From: Lentisphaerota bacterium
GTDB lineage: Bacteria > Verrucomicrobiota > Lentisphaeria > Oligosphaerales > JAFGRS01
Assembly (NCBI GenBank): GCA_012514865.1
Contig: JAAYZO010000034.1
Location: 1-49,862 of the forward strand
DNA: 49,862 nt
Reading direction: 5' to 3'
Positions 49,459 through 49,862 of the stretch are shown here, piece by piece; position 1 is the stretch's first letter; the number at the start of each line of letters is the position of its first letter. Position numbers and translations under genes: made by a program. The notes below the pieces were generated by a model. The model made no database searches. It worked only from the letters and a program-made list of their open reading frames with translations, and had not been told where the DNA came from.

Positions 49459-49862
49459 ATGGACAGCGACGACAAGCGTGGCACCAGCCTGAGCCTGCCG
49501 GTTCAGGCCTGCTCCCTGCTGCTCTACGGCCTCGGCGTGGTGGCGGCGCTGGTGCAGCACGGCCATCCGACGCTGGTGCTGGCGGTGGTGGCGAGTCTCC
49601 TGCCGCTCGGGCTCCTGGCGCGACTGCCGCGGCGCTGGTTTCCGGGGTGGCTGCGGCAGGTCCTGCAGGTGGTCATCGCCGGCGCCGGCCTGGCCTGGTG
49701 GCGGCTGCGCATGCAGGGCCACGCCGTGGATGTGGTCCTGGTCGAGTCGGCCGCCGTGCTCGGCGTTGCCCTCGCTCTCGGCGGCGTGGCCCGTGAGTAT
49801 GGCCTGCTCGGGCTCATCTCGCTGGTGCTGCTCGGCTACGGCGGGGTCATGCCCGGCCGGCC
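49459..49862 (+). CDS. Multi-TM membrane protein, 5' partial; probably the TgpA-like (DUF3488/transglutaminase) third gene of the MoxR operon
   Basis: The frame stays open to the window end (not in the ORF track because there is no stop). It is hydrophobic (…LLLYGLGVVAALV…, …VLAVVASLLPLGLL…, …LGVALALGG…). The call rests mainly on conserved operon context. Confidence 0.4.
   Translation, partial: MDSDDKRGTSLSLPVQACSLLLYGLGVVAALVQHGHPTLVLAVVASLLPLGLLARLPRRWFPGWLRQVLQVVIAGAGLAWWRLRMQGHAVDVVLVESAAVLGVALALGGVAREYGLLGLISLVLLGYGGVMPGR

Overview
This is a very GC-rich bacterial chromosome segment. Third codon positions are almost always G/C, so nearly every real gene casts a long antisense shadow ORF in the six-frame track. 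The centre (about 7.5-29.1 kb) is the classical translation/transcription supercluster: rpsA, tRNA-Thr, tuf, rpmG, tRNA-Trp, secE, nusG, rplK-rplA-rplJ-rplL, rpoB-rpoC, rpsL-rpsG-fusA, rpsJ-rplC-rplD-rplW-rplB-rpsS. The left flank holds a secreted DUF4855-like/discoidin protein, a 4-OT-family tautomerase, an interrupted DUF1559 (H-X9-DG type) pseudopilin-like gene, tRNA-Glu and a membrane-anchored zinc-ribbon pseudokinase. The right flank holds an Eis-like GNAT, htpG, waaA, a cyclophilin, a neutral-ceramidase-like protein, an MFS transporter, an orphan MraY-like transferase and a four-gene TolC/MacA/MacB-type efflux operon. It ends with lysS followed by an FHA-MoxR ATPase, a DUF58 protein and a TgpA-like membrane protein (partial). 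The gene content (prepilin-leader DUF1559 protein, atypical EF-Tu effector region, divergent EF-G) suggests the PVC superphylum, probably Planctomycetota; this is inference. Seven things do not fit ordinary annotation. (1) A family of intergenic short tandem arrays with a shared GTCC/GTCY core (9-, 10- and 7-bp units, plus 67-bp and 95-bp composite repeats) sits just 3' of stop codons, mostly between convergent genes. (2) Single in-frame stop codons interrupt rpsA (TAG, exactly at the domain 2/3 linker) and the DUF1559 gene (TGA). (3) The S10 operon ends with an intrinsic terminator right after rpsS, and non-ribosomal genes follow. (4) The str-operon EF-G has degenerate domain IV tip loops. 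(5) The MraY-like gene lies outside any dcw context, with an HDH motif and a loop insertion. (6) The kinase-fold protein lacks all catalytic residues. (7) An FHA domain is fused to the MoxR ATPase. I found no CRISPR array, transposase, integrase, phage gene or recognisable defence system.
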